A stretch of 64,000 nt of DNA from an uncultured Anaerolineales bacterium (GCA_964474695.1 CAYYTK010000024.1:2490-66489), one strand, 5' to 3'; numbered from the stretch's first letter, positions 37,403 through 47,306 are shown. Made by a program: numbers and translations. The notes: generated by a model not told the origin, from the letters alone.

Positions 37403-38800
37403 TCAGGCGTCCACGCTGGTGACATCGTCCGGCGTGAACACATGCACGTTCTCCTCGCCCAAACCGGCGTGTGTCACCTGGCCCAGGGTGCGCGCGAAGA
37501 AGGCGTAATGGACGTCCCAGCGGGCCGTATCACCCTTGAGCCACAACAGGCCCTTCTCCATCAGCGCGTGCAGATCGGCGGTAGTCACCGGCGTATTGCG
37601 CCAGCGCGCCTCACCGAAGACCACCCGATGATCGGCGCGGTTCACGCCGACCACGTCGATTTGCGCGCCGCGCGTCCACCACGATCCGACCTCCTGCACG
37701 GGGAAGGGAATCTGGCCGCGGCCGGAGGCAGCCAACAGGTGTTGGCGCGCCAGAGCCTCCCACACCGGCGCCACGATGTACGGCAGGTTGTTGCGGATTT
37801 CGCTCAGCGTCTCAGCCTGGCGTTGGTTGATCTCCAACAGCGCCCGGTGCGGCGCGGCCCAGCGATGCCAGAAGCGCAGGAAGGGATCCAGGATGTGGTA
37901 CGTGCCCACCCGCCCCTCGTCGCGCACCCGGTTCAGCGGCAGGCGGTGCTCCACCAAGCCGTTGGTCACCAAATCGTTGAGATAGTGCTGAGCCGACGCC
38001 AACGTCAGGTTGGCCGCCGCCGCGATCTCCTGCCGCGGGTGATTGCCCGCAGCGATTGCCTCCAGGACACGGCTGAAGGCGTCCACCTCGCCCTTGAGCT
38101 CCTCGTGGAGGAGCAGGCGCACTTCGCTGAACAGATTGCCCGCCGGATCGAGGACCTCCCGCTCGACGTTGCGCATGAGCGAGCGCTGCGGGTCCAGCGC
38201 CAGCAGGTTGCGCGGCATGCCGCCCAACACGGCGTAGGTCTCGATCAACTGCTCGGCGTCGAGCGTGGGAACGAAAGCTCGCAAGTCAGACGGTTGTAGC
38301 GGCAGCAGCTCGTAGGCCCAGGTGTGGCGCCGGTAGAGCGGCGCCGCGCCGTCCAGGATCTCCCGCCGCATCACGCTGTAGGTGGAGCCGGTCAGACACA
38401 GGAACAGGTTCGTGTGCTGCAGGACGGTGTCCCAGGCGCGCTGGAGCAGCGTCGAGAAGCCGGGCGCCGAATCGGCCAGGTAGGGGTATTCGTCAATCAC
38501 TACGACAAAGCGGCGCTCGCGCCCCAGCTCCGCTAGCGCCAGCAGCGCGCTGTCCCAGTCGGCGAAGGTGCGCTCAGGCTGACCGAGCGCGACCGCCAAC
38601 TGCTGTCCGAACTCATGCAGCAGCACCTGGCTTGGCAGCCGCGCTGCAAAGAAGTACAAGTGCGGCTTCTCGCGGCACCACTCGTAGATCAGGCTGCTTT
38701 TGCCCACCCGCCGGCGGCCGTAGAGGACAGCGAATTCCGCACCAGGCCGCGCATAGCGGCGTTCCAGGTAGCCGAGCTCACGTTGGCGATTGCGAAACAT
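37403..38800 (-). CDS. Archaeal-type ATPase plus wHTH plus DUF234/PD-(D/E)XK (DEXX-box ATPase)
   Basis: FRNRQREL, YGRRRVGKS, VIDEYPYL, LCLTGS, DPFLRFW, GSWW..QIDVV..FGEARW. Confidence 0.9.
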   Translation of the reverse strand: MFRNRQRELGYLERRYARPGAEFAVLYGRRRVGKSSLIYEWCREKPHLYFFAARLPSQVLLHEFGQQLAVALGQPERTFADWDSALLALAELGRERRFVVVIDEYPYLADSAPGFSTLLQRAWDTVLQHTNLFLCLTGSTYSVMRREILDGAAPLYRRHTWAYELLPLQPSDLRAFVPTLDAEQLIETYAVLGGMPRNLLALDPQRSLMRNVEREVLDPAGNLFSEVRLLLHEELKGEVDAFSRVLEAIAAGNHPRQEIAAAANLTLASAQHYLNDLVTNGLVEHRLPLNRVRDEGRVGTYHILDPFLRFWHRWAAPHRALLEINQRQAETLSEIRNNLPYIVAPVWEALARQHLLAASGRGQIPFPVQEVGSWWTRGAQIDVVGVNRADHRVVFGEARWRNTPVTTADLHALMEKGLLWLKGDTARWDVHYAFFARTLGQVTHAGLGEENVHVFTPDDVTSVDA

Positions 38801-38820
38801 GGGTCCTCCCGAGTAAATCG

Positions 38821-38873
38821 TATCTTAGTAAGATAGCTTATGAGAGTATATCACAATAAGATACGTTTGTCAA
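38821..38873 (-). promoter_or_regulatory. sigma70 promoter with palindromic operator for the DEXX-box ATPase
   Basis: TTGACA (38873-38868), 17-bp spacer, TATACT (38850-38845); palindrome TATCTTA-G-TAAGATA at 38821-38835; extra half-site in the spacer. Confidence 0.8.
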
Positions 38874-39345
38874 CCCTATCGCGATACAATCCGATTCGGC
38901 GGCTGTCGCCAGCCTCCGGTCAGATAAGTCCACGAAAGTTCATCATGGTGACCTCAGTGAGATTCGCCGGCATGTGCTCCGATCCGAACCAGGTGTTCGC
39001 ACGGTCCCGCTCGACTCGTGAGTAGCCAGTCGGGGGCGACAAGCCACTGCCGAGGCAGTCTCGATGGACTTTCAGTATCAGTGAAAGCAAGTAGCTAAAT
39101 GTTTTCATTCATAGTAAAATCATCAGATAAGCAAGCCCGATTTCACCGACCTGGCATCTTGTAGAACTCGATCCCCTGGCTCTCCAGGACACCCGCAGCA
39201 CCGACCGTCAGATGAGGCGAGACCCCCCTCGTCCCGTGCGTACGCTCTGCCATCTTGATCTTGCTTCCCCGCATCATTCTGTGGTAGCGTGTGTGCAAAA
39301 CAGTGCTCCAGAGACAGCGTTACGCACACAGAAGCAGGCCGAGGC

Positions 39346-39672
39346 ATGACCACACAGAACTGGGCTGGCAGGCTCTACCTAGTGGCTGCAGGCCAGACTG
39401 GCTATGTCACGCGCCATCACGCTGCTGTGGCAGCCGGAGGGCGTCGAGGCCACCTACATGCTTGGACACCATTCACGCAGTTGGCGCAGGAGGACCTGAT
39501 CCACATGCCGGAGTCGGTGCAGTAGACCGAAGGACCGCCAGACAAGCAGCCGTGCGCAGTCGCACATATGTGGAACGAATCGGCGTACATGGGCGTCTGG
39601 TGGAGAGAGTTGGAAGTGGCGCGGCATGTCTACTGGCCGGAGGATGTCGTGGTCGTGGGCAGCCGAAGATGA
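39346..39672 (+). pseudogene. ORF interrupted by an in-frame TAG
   Basis: 108 codons from ATG 39346 to TGA 39672 with one TAG at codon 60; protein-like sequence on both sides. Confidence 0.35.
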
Positions 39673-39711
39673 AGGATCGAGATTGCGAAGGCAAGTGATA
39701 GAGAGCGAGAC

Positions 39712-40134
39712 GTGCGCAGAAAGACCTTGGCCGCTGGCTGCGGCGTGCTGCTCATCCTTGGATTATTTGTGGCAACGGCCGTCTTCCTCGACGGCTTCTA
39801 CCTGCCTGGCAAGCCCTGCCGGCCCGTGCGCTACCCGGATGGTCAGAGGACTGCCAACGCTTTTCAGTGTGTGGTGAACGCCGACCTGGCCGATGTTCTG
39901 GCGTTCTACGATAACGCGCTGGACGTGCAGCCGCGGCCGGGAGACACGGGGCTTTGGACGCGCCAAGAGCTGGCGCCAGCTGTTCTCCTGTATACTTGTT
40001 ACGGCAGCGACATCAACCGCCTGTCCACGGAGACGGGCTGCATTACTGTGCGCCGGCAAGCCCAGGGAACGGTCAGCATCGAGGGGCTGCTGCTGCGGTC
40101 AGAGGGGAGCAACGCTCAGTGTCCGTTCGAATGA
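39712..40134 (+). CDS. Membrane-anchored/secreted hypothetical protein
   Basis: N-terminal basic plus hydrophobic segment; Cys-containing ectodomain. Confidence 0.6.
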   Translation: MRRKTLAAGCGVLLILGLFVATAVFLDGFYLPGKPCRPVRYPDGQRTANAFQCVVNADLADVLAFYDNALDVQPRPGDTGLWTRQELAPAVLLYTCYGSDINRLSTETGCITVRRQAQGTVSIEGLLLRSEGSNAQCPFE

Positions 40135-40189
40135 AAGCCGTTACCGACCTTTGGCGGCGCGACGATGAGATGCAGCGCGGTACACGGCC

Positions 40190-40681
40190 ATGAGGGGCAT
40201 TAAGCGCCCTCGGTCCAGCCTTCTTCTTGTCGTCCTCGGAACAGGTCTCGGCGTTTGCCTGATCCTGTTCGGACTGGGCATCGCGCTGCCCCGGATCCTA
40301 GATCCGGTCACCCGCTCGACCGATTGCGGGCGGGTGGCCCGCGCCTTCGTCGACGCTATAAGAACTGGCGATGCCCGGCTCGCCCGCTCACTTGCCGTAT
40401 CGGACGCCGGCATCGTTGAATGGATGTCAACGCGCCGGGGCTTTTCCTGCCCGTTTTCGCTCGATCTCGAGGCATACGACAGTTCGATGGTCTGTGGCTC
40501 CAGCAACCTATCCACCGAGTGGAACTGCGGGTTCCACTACTTCTGCTGGCTCGGCGGCAGGTATCTCTTCAGGCTCGAAAGAATCGAGTTGGAACAGAGG
40601 GCCGAGGGGTGCCGGGTGACCTACTGGAGCGAGCCGTGCGAAGCGTTCGGGGACGAGGTATTTGGCGACAAGTGTCGGTGA
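40190..40681 (+). CDS. Membrane-anchored Cys-rich hypothetical protein
   Basis: N-terminal TM; multiple Cys. Confidence 0.6.
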   Translation: MRGIKRPRSSLLLVVLGTGLGVCLILFGLGIALPRILDPVTRSTDCGRVARAFVDAIRTGDARLARSLAVSDAGIVEWMSTRRGFSCPFSLDLEAYDSSMVCGSSNLSTEWNCGFHYFCWLGGRYLFRLERIELEQRAEGCRVTYWSEPCEAFGDEVFGDKCR

Positions 40682-40743
40682 ACGTGGCGAGCGGGTGTCC
40701 GTACGCGGCCAAGAACTAGCGGAGGAATGGGGCATGTTATACT

Positions 40744-41247
40744 ATGCGTACAGGCGCGCTGTCAATCATGCTGGATAGGACGGAGATTATGCGGCGATCA
40801 ATCCTCGACCCCGCAATAATGGCGGGAGCAATGATGGTTCTGCTCCTGGCAGCGCTGTTGAATTGGCTCCTCCCAACTTTGGGCGTGCTTGATGCGTTGA
40901 CCGGCAATGGATTAGGCCGGCTTCCAGCTGAATTCTTCCTCATGGTGATCCCGATGCTCCTGGGCTGGACCATCCATTGGCGCATCCATGAGCTGAAACT
41001 TCCGGCGTGGTACGGCCTGCTCGCCCTTGCACCGATCATCGTTGCATTCGGCATTGCGCTTCTGGATGTGCAAGCCCAAGAGGCCGCCTTGGAGGGCTGT
41101 TTCACGGCCTGGTGTGATCAGCAGCCGATGGTAGTCGAGATGAACTGGGTGCTCATCTTCCTGCAACACTCTCTGAATGGGCCAGCAGTGGCTGCTATCG
41201 GTGGGCTCTATTGGGCTGTAGGGCGCAGGCGCCAGTCAGCGCTCTGA
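40744..41247 (+). CDS. Multi-pass membrane protein
   Basis: About four hydrophobic helices. Confidence 0.6.
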   Translation: MRTGALSIMLDRTEIMRRSILDPAIMAGAMMVLLLAALLNWLLPTLGVLDALTGNGLGRLPAEFFLMVIPMLLGWTIHWRIHELKLPAWYGLLALAPIIVAFGIALLDVQAQEAALEGCFTAWCDQQPMVVEMNWVLIFLQHSLNGPAVAAIGGLYWAVGRRRQSAL

Positions 41248-41282
41248 GGCACAGCGAGTTGAGTATGTTCAGGAATGCAAGG

Positions 41283-41936
41283 ATGAAAAGAAGCCGATAC
41301 TCCTGCTGGCGACTGACGCGCAGTTTGCTGGGGTTGCTGATAGGCCTCCAAGTCGCAACGGCGTGCTTGAGCCCGTTGAGATCGCCCCTAGACTCCACGG
41401 CCACGGAAACGCCCATTAATCGGATTGAGCGGGGAATGCTGGATGCGACTGATCTACCGTTCGGATGGCGGCGCGAATCAACTGGCGTGCCTCAGGACCT
41501 GACGGGCGGAATAATCGCCCGATACAGAGACTATCGCGGCCCGGCAAATACACCGATCTTCGTCAGAGCCGGCCAGTCGATCGCCCTGTATGCAAGTGAA
41601 ACTGAGAGCGATGCCGCCTATCGCGCGACCGCAAGAAAAGTGATTCCGGTAGGGCATGAAGATCAGTGGCCGCGTCCACCGGAACTGGATTTCACAATGC
41701 AAGCGGATGCGATCACTGTCGGCTGCAACGCCGCGGGTGTCTTCGATGGAATCCCAGCCCATAGTTGCAGCATCGTCGCCCGGTATGGAAAGTTAGCAAC
41801 AACCATTGATGGTCAAGTCTTCGACGATCATTGGCTGACGATGGCACAGTTCCGGAATCTGTTGGAACGCGTTGACGCCAAGATGGCGGCAATCCGGGAA
41901 CCGCAAGGAAGTGGCGTTCCGGCACCGACGCCATAG
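41283..41936 (+). CDS. Putative lipoprotein/secreted protein
   Basis: Basic N-terminus, hydrophobic core, ATAC lipobox-like motif. Confidence 0.55.
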   Translation: MKRSRYSCWRLTRSLLGLLIGLQVATACLSPLRSPLDSTATETPINRIERGMLDATDLPFGWRRESTGVPQDLTGGIIARYRDYRGPANTPIFVRAGQSIALYASETESDAAYRATARKVIPVGHEDQWPRPPELDFTMQADAITVGCNAAGVFDGIPAHSCSIVARYGKLATTIDGQVFDDHWLTMAQFRNLLERVDAKMAAIREPQGSGVPAPTP

Positions 41937-42099
41937 GGAAAGATGCTGGCCGTCCACGAATGCTGCCCGAATCGCCGGTCGCAAGCATTGTGTATCCGTG
42001 CGAGATTCATGGCCGGCCCCACATCACCACCCTGGGGGCCCGCGCCACGCTGCGTTACCCCGGCGGCTCAGTGACATCCTTGGGCTGCTGGGCCTGATT

Positions 42100-42891
42100 T
42101 CACCGGCCCGCCGCCTGGTAGAATTGGATTCCCTGGCTTTCCATAATGCGACGGTGCCGATCGTCGGGCGAGACGACAACCCACTCCCCTTGCACGTACT
42201 CCTGGTACATGCGGATCTGGCGGATGAGCTCCCCGGCGCTGGGCAGCGTGGCTTTGACCTCGAAGTAGACCGGCATGACTTGCCAGTGGTCGCTCACGAC
42301 GGCCCGCAGCGTGCGCGGATCGGCTGCGCGGCGGTAGACCTCCAGGCCGGTACGACTATCCGCATAGGTGTAGCCGGCCAGGGCCAGCCGGGGCTGGCGC
42401 ACTGCGACATACAGGTCCACGAAGCCGACCAGGAACTTGCTGTCCGTCTGCAGCGGCAGCTCCCACACCACCTTGTCCACCGCGAACAAGGGCCGCGGCG
42501 GCAGCGTCAGCCCCGCATAGCGGCGGCGATACTCGGCCGCCTGCTGCTGGCTGGCGCTGATCAGATCCGGGATGCTCCGTTCAATGGCGGCCCGCTGCAC
42601 CGCGTCGGCGGCATGGATCGTGCTGAGGCCGATCTTTTCCGCCAACGCGGCGCGCGCCGCCCACTCGGTGAGCACCAGCGCCGCCGACGTCTGGTTGACG
42701 ACCGCCTGCGCCTCCTGCTCCACCAGCTGGCGCTCCTCGGCCGGCCAGGCCGAGTCCCAAAAGAGCTCGATGATCACCTGCTCGATATGCTCCGTTAACC
42801 AGGTCAACACGTCATCGTGCGATGCTGTCTTGAGGTCATCATCCAGAAAACCAAAGTGTTGTTGCAGGGTTTGCCCGCGGGGTCGTGCCAT
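42100..42891 (-). CDS. PD-(D/E)XK nuclease-like protein
   Basis: LVGFVDL...YFEVKA...GELIRQIRMYQ; start moved to MARPRG. Confidence 0.7.
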   Translation of the reverse strand: MARPRGQTLQQHFGFLDDDLKTASHDDVLTWLTEHIEQVIIELFWDSAWPAEERQLVEQEAQAVVNQTSAALVLTEWAARAALAEKIGLSTIHAADAVQRAAIERSIPDLISASQQQAAEYRRRYAGLTLPPRPLFAVDKVVWELPLQTDSKFLVGFVDLYVAVRQPRLALAGYTYADSRTGLEVYRRAADPRTLRAVVSDHWQVMPVYFEVKATLPSAGELIRQIRMYQEYVQGEWVVVSPDDRHRRIMESQGIQFYQAAGR

Positions 42892-42923
42892 GTGTTCACT
42901 CCAGTTTGATATCCAACGTTCAC

Positions 42924-43364
42924 TCAGACGTGCGCCGGCAGATAGCGCAAGAAAGCCAGCGCCAGCGCCGCAATCGCCGCGCCGAGATAGAGACCGACCA
43001 CGCCGGGCAGGGGCGTCGCATGTCCGGCGCGCTGCCGGGCGTACAGAAACAGCAGCCCCTGGACGATCACCCCAGCCAGTAGGGCCGCTGGCGCACAGGC
43101 AGCCAACCCGACCGCAAGTTTTCCGTCCGCCGGCCCCATGCCCCCGCCCCACCGCCAGGCGACCACCACGCCGATGAACACGGCGCAGGTCAACAGCAGA
43201 TTGCCTGTCAGCAGCGCGACCGGCCAGGCTGCGACGAACAGCGGCACGGTCAGCCAGTTAGACACGCGCCGTGTCCGGTAGTCCTGCAGCGCGCACGGCA
43301 GCAGCCAGAGCGTCAACACGACGGACCGCAGGAGCGGATCGCGCAGAAAGTCGAGCAAATTCAC
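42924..43364 (-). CDS. cpaA: Prepilin peptidase (A24, TadV/CpaA-like)
   Basis: ALQDYRTRRVSNW and GGMGPADGKL catalytic Asp motifs; hydrophobic. Confidence 0.85.
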   Translation of the reverse strand: MNLLDFLRDPLLRSVVLTLWLLPCALQDYRTRRVSNWLTVPLFVAAWPVALLTGNLLLTCAVFIGVVVAWRWGGGMGPADGKLAVGLAACAPAALLAGVIVQGLLFLYARQRAGHATPLPGVVGLYLGAAIAALALAFLRYLPAHV

Positions 43365-43594
43365 GGCCGGTTCCTCCCGGACTTACCGGCTGCCGGCGCG
43401 GCGGAGCGTTTCCGGTAAGCTGCCAGCAGCGCGCGCACGCGCGCCTGCCGGGCTGCGGCGGGTGAATGCCGCAGCCAGAGACGCTCAACGACCGCGCCGA
43501 GCAGTTCAAACCCCGTCAGGGCCAGCAGCAGCGCACCACTCCCGGCCAGGGCCGCGGTCGAAGCTATCAGCAGACGAAGATCATACACCGGCAT
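43361..43594 (-). CDS. Small membrane protein
   Basis: One TM; start/stop overlap with the peptidase gene. Confidence 0.5.
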   Translation of the reverse strand: MPVYDLRLLIASTAALAGSGALLLALTGFELLGAVVERLWLRHSPAAARQARVRALLAAYRKRSAAPAAGKSGRNRP

Positions 43595-44587
43595 TCAACC
43601 CGCCCAGCGGATCGGCCGGCAGCGCCAGCGGCCGGCGCCCGGCGCACCTGGCGGTTGGGCCGCATGCAAGACGCGCAGCATGCGGCCCGAGATCAGCCGG
43701 AAGGGTTCAGCCGTGCGCACGCAGAACGGCTCCGGGTCGGTCGGCAGCCGTGCCAGCAGATCGCGCTCGCAGCGGATGCGCCCAGCCTGAGCGGTGGTCT
43801 CCCAGTAGTCCCCGTCAGGCAGCGCACCTCGCTGCAAGCAAAGCCCCGGTTCCTCCTCGTAGATCGTCTCGCCGGCCGGTGCAGACGGGTGGCAGGCCAC
43901 GATCGTGGGCCGGCCGCACGCGGGGCAGCGGGTGCGGACGTGCAGGGGTGTCTCCGGCTCAGCCAGCGCCACCACACCCTGCGGCAGCACCTGCCAGGCA
44001 GGCGCGGAGACCGCGTCCGGCAGACGCACAGGACGCACCGGGGGTGCGGCCCAGCCGCGCCAGCGTTGATATACCTCGTCGGCGATCACCAGCTCGTGGT
44101 TGGCCGTCGCCACCGGCGGGCGCCAGGGTGCGTCCGGGGCGAGCGCCAGGTCGGCCACCTGGCGCAGCGCAACCGACCCACATTGGGTGCAGAGACCGTC
44201 GCGCCGAGGCTCCGGCCGGTAGTACGCGGTGAGCGGCGGCGCCAGATCGAGCCGCTCTTCGACCACCAACTGCACCACCGGCTCCTGGGCCAGCTCGGCG
44301 TACTCGTAGGCCGGCCACCGGCGCACCCGGCGCAGCAGCGGCCGGGGCGGCTGCCGGGCGCCGGTCAGGCGGCCGAGCAGCGACGGCTGAACCTGCCGGC
44401 CGGCGGCATGCGCCAGCAGCTCGGCCAGCGGCGCGTCCGCGGCGTCGAACACCAGGACCGCGGCCCAGCAGTCCGCCAGGGCGCGGTCCGCCAGGAACGG
44501 GGCCAGCCGATCAGACAGCGCGCGCGGGAGCTGCCGCCGCGCCTGGGGCCAAGAGGCGTTCAACGCAACCGCGACCTGGGTGCGCAT
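43595..44587 (-). CDS. Double-CxxCG motif protein
   Basis: CTQCG and CPACG motifs; start moved to MRTQV. Confidence 0.6.
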   Translation of the reverse strand: MRTQVAVALNASWPQARRQLPRALSDRLAPFLADRALADCWAAVLVFDAADAPLAELLAHAAGRQVQPSLLGRLTGARQPPRPLLRRVRRWPAYEYAELAQEPVVQLVVEERLDLAPPLTAYYRPEPRRDGLCTQCGSVALRQVADLALAPDAPWRPPVATANHELVIADEVYQRWRGWAAPPVRPVRLPDAVSAPAWQVLPQGVVALAEPETPLHVRTRCPACGRPTIVACHPSAPAGETIYEEEPGLCLQRGALPDGDYWETTAQAGRIRCERDLLARLPTDPEPFCVRTAEPFRLISGRMLRVLHAAQPPGAPGAGRWRCRPIRWAG

Positions 44588-44588
44588 C

Positions 44589-45275
44589 TCAGCTCTTGTC
44601 CTCGGCCACCTGCTGCTGTACCAGGCCGTCCAGCAGCGCCGTGAGCAGGTCGCGGATCGCCAGCAGGCGTTCAACCGTCACTGGCTCTTCCTCCTCATTG
44701 AATGCGACTGCGCCTCTGTCAGCGATGGCGCGTTGCAGCAGCCCGGCGGTCAGTGGGCCGATGTAGAGGCTGCTGGATGGCCGGCAGGCCGCAGTCAGGC
44801 GCGCCAGCACCGCGGGCTCACCGAGCAGGGCGGCAGCCGCCGCGGCATCGCTGGTGCGGACGCTGTAGATGCTGTCTAGCTCAGGCAAACCCAAAGTCAC
44901 CACCGGCGGCCGGCGGGCCGCCAGGACCCAGCTGCGCCTGGCGACTGCTTTGGGCAGCAGTTCCAACTCAAACGGCCGGAGCGGACGATACTCCCCATAG
45001 GCATTCAGGTGCTGATAGGACACGATGGCTGTGCCGGGGCCGTCCAGACTGTAAGACACCGTGAAGGTGAGGGGCCAACCGCCCGCCGGCAGCTTGACGA
45101 CCTGACCGAACCCGGCCACCTGCCGCCGGAACGTGCCCTGCGCCTGCTGCGCGAAGGCCTGCAGCGCCGCGCGGGTCGGGCCGGGTCGCCCCCGGTTGGC
45201 GGCCATCAGCAGCGCCGCGACCACTGCGAAGATCAGCAGCGCACCCAAGATGACGGATAGTGGCATGGTTTTCAC
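44589..45275 (-). CDS. Single-pass membrane hypothetical protein
   Basis: N-terminal TM; L...A...G.F pattern also seen in the 46339 ORF. Confidence 0.6.
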   Translation of the reverse strand: MKTMPLSVILGALLIFAVVAALLMAANRGRPGPTRAALQAFAQQAQGTFRRQVAGFGQVVKLPAGGWPLTFTVSYSLDGPGTAIVSYQHLNAYGEYRPLRPFELELLPKAVARRSWVLAARRPPVVTLGLPELDSIYSVRTSDAAAAAALLGEPAVLARLTAACRPSSSLYIGPLTAGLLQRAIADRGAVAFNEEEEPVTVERLLAIRDLLTALLDGLVQQQVAEDKS

Positions 45276-45349
45276 GTCTGATTCTGCTCCGTAATGCTCC
45301 GGCCAGGCAACTGCAGATCGGTGTCGAGAGCGTTCACCCGGCGCCGCGC

Positions 45350-45790
45350 CTACGGCTGGGCCAGCATTTGTTCGATCACCATACTATCTCGGCCGCTTCC
45401 AGGGATGCGGTGCGAGAGCCGGGGGTGCTGGAGCGCCACCACCCGGTAACGGCCCCCGGCGGTGAACTCGCTCCCCTCGTGCACCACCAACATCTCGGCC
45501 TGCGGCGCCTGGCCGTCCCAGACGCTGATCCGGGCCAGCAGGCCAGTGCGGGCTTGTCCGGTCACAGCAGTGTAGCGGCCCCGGTAGATCATCTCCAGGC
45601 CCACCTCCCAACCGTCGTCCAGGCGCAGCACCGTACCCGCCGTAATGTGATGCGTACGCACGGCAGGCGCCGCCGGTTCTCGCGCGGGCAGGATGTGCTG
45701 CCCATTGTCGTCCGCGCTGCGGCAGCCAGCCAACAAACAGACGCACAGCGCGGCGAATCCAAGCCGTAAATCAGTGGCGTTGCCGATCAT
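45350..45790 (-). CDS. Putative lipoprotein
   Basis: LLAGC lipobox. Confidence 0.6.
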   Translation of the reverse strand: MIGNATDLRLGFAALCVCLLAGCRSADDNGQHILPAREPAAPAVRTHHITAGTVLRLDDGWEVGLEMIYRGRYTAVTGQARTGLLARISVWDGQAPQAEMLVVHEGSEFTAGGRYRVVALQHPRLSHRIPGSGRDSMVIEQMLAQP

Positions 45791-46335
45791 GTCGGCGAAC
45801 CTCCCCTTGCCAGGCGATCTGCGATGAAGCGTCTGGCGCGCACCCAATCGGCCGCCGAGGCCAGGCTCAAGTCCAGCGTCAGATCGGCGTCCGTCAACCC
45901 CCAACGCTTGCTCAGCCGCTCAAGCGCCGCGTATTGGGTTGCGTCGTGCATGGTCAACAGCAGCCACTGCGGGCTGAGCCATCTGGTCAGGCGCCCGGTT
46001 TGGTCCGCCGGCGACACCTCAGCCACTGCCCGGATCTCGGCGTAGGGGATCGTCACCCGGCGCCGCACGTCCACCAGCCGATCGGGGTACAGCAACAGGA
46101 TCGGCCGCGTGGCGACATAGACCGTTGTCCCCAACCCGACCAGCCCCAGCAGGAGCACCAGGAGGCCGCCGAGGAACACCCGGCCCGCTGACCACCGCGC
46201 GGGCGGCGGCAACATCAGCATCAGGGCCCCGACCACCACGAACGCCAGCGAGCCCAACGCCAGCAGCGCATGTTTGTCTGCTGCGCCCCGGATGATCAGC
46301 GCGATCGGAGCGGCATCTGCGTCAACTTCAGCCAT
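45787..46335 (-). CDS. Two-TM protein with PH-like soluble domain
   Basis: Two TMs, then LLLYPDRLVD..VTIPYAEI. Confidence 0.6.
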   Translation of the reverse strand: MAEVDADAAPIALIIRGAADKHALLALGSLAFVVVGALMLMLPPPARWSAGRVFLGGLLVLLLGLVGLGTTVYVATRPILLLYPDRLVDVRRRVTIPYAEIRAVAEVSPADQTGRLTRWLSPQWLLLTMHDATQYAALERLSKRWGLTDADLTLDLSLASAADWVRARRFIADRLARGGSPT

Positions 46336-46338
46336 GCA

Positions 46339-46983
46339 TCACCTCGCGACAGTCTCCGGCAGCGCACGGTAGACGCCCACACCGGCCGCCAGGATGGCCG
46401 CAAGGGCCGCCGGCGTCAGTCGCGTCCGCCAGGGTTCGTAGTAGATCAGCAGCCCACCCTGCAAGGCAGCCGCGGGCCAGCGGCCCTGACCGGCCAGCAG
46501 TGCGCACTGCCCCAGCACCGCCCGGCCCGGGCTGCCGGTCAGGACGTAGGCATCCAGCTCCGGGAAGTCCACCAGCAGATCGGCTGCGTCGTTGTTTGGC
46601 TTGAGGTTATTGAGCGAACCCCGGGGGCGGAGGTAGAACTCCGGCCCCGCCAGGTCGGCCGCAAAGAGCGCCACGATGTAGGGTGTGAAACCGCTGCTGA
46701 CGAAGCTCCCGTAATCGTAGGCCAGCACGCGCAAGGGGATGCCCTGGTAACTGCCCGCCAGCAGCCCATCCGCGCGCGAGGCCGCCACCGGCGTGAACAG
46801 CTCGAACCCGGCCAGCTGACGGCGCAGCGCCACATCGTCGGCGGCCACCCAGGTCAGGCCCAGCTCCGCGGCCAGCGCGCGTAACCGGGCCTGACGTTGG
46901 CCGCGCCATACCCTCAGGCCGGCCAACAGGCCAAACGCCAGCAGCGCAGTCAGGATGGCAACGGGCCAGGCCTCCCTGGGCAC
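46339..46983 (-). CDS. Single-pass membrane hypothetical protein
   Basis: GTG start immediately after the upstream stop; N-terminal TM; LRALAAELGLT pattern. Confidence 0.55.
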   Translation of the reverse strand: MPREAWPVAILTALLAFGLLAGLRVWRGQRQARLRALAAELGLTWVAADDVALRRQLAGFELFTPVAASRADGLLAGSYQGIPLRVLAYDYGSFVSSGFTPYIVALFAADLAGPEFYLRPRGSLNNLKPNNDAADLLVDFPELDAYVLTGSPGRAVLGQCALLAGQGRWPAAALQGGLLIYYEPWRTRLTPAALAAILAAGVGVYRALPETVAR

Positions 46984-46984
46984 C

Positions 46985-47296
46985 CTACACCTCAATGCTG
47001 CTGATGAGCGGGATCTGCACGTCCTGGCCCCGGTAGGCGCGCACACCGCAGACGACCAGGTAGAGCCAGCAGGCGGCCGACAGCAGCATGCCCAGGGAAC
47101 TCAACGCCAGGATCAGCCCCAGTGCGGCGGAGATGATTGCCGCGGCGATGCCGGCCAGCAGCCCCTGTTTGGCATGGCGCTTGAGCGCCGGGTCATCCCC
47201 GGCCAGCAGCAGGGCTACCAACGAGCCGACCGGCGCCAGCGCATAGGCGACCAGCGCCCAGATGCGGTTCTCGGTTTGTACTTGGAATTGGTTCAC
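46985..47296 (-). CDS. DUF4870-like small membrane protein
   Basis: W.LVAY..APV..L...LKRHAKQGL...GVRAYRGQD..IPLI. Confidence 0.7.
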   Translation of the reverse strand: MNQFQVQTENRIWALVAYALAPVGSLVALLLAGDDPALKRHAKQGLLAGIAAAIISAALGLILALSSLGMLLSAACWLYLVVCGVRAYRGQDVQIPLISSIEV

Positions 47297-47306
47297 GCTT
47301 TTTCTC

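Noticed and set aside
31870-42060. Integron cassette array
   Set aside because: The cargo genes are cassette-like, but no paired RYYYAAC...GTTRRRY attC structures or integron integrase were found; isolated CTAAC/GTTAG words at ~25100 and ~31887 do not form attC sites.
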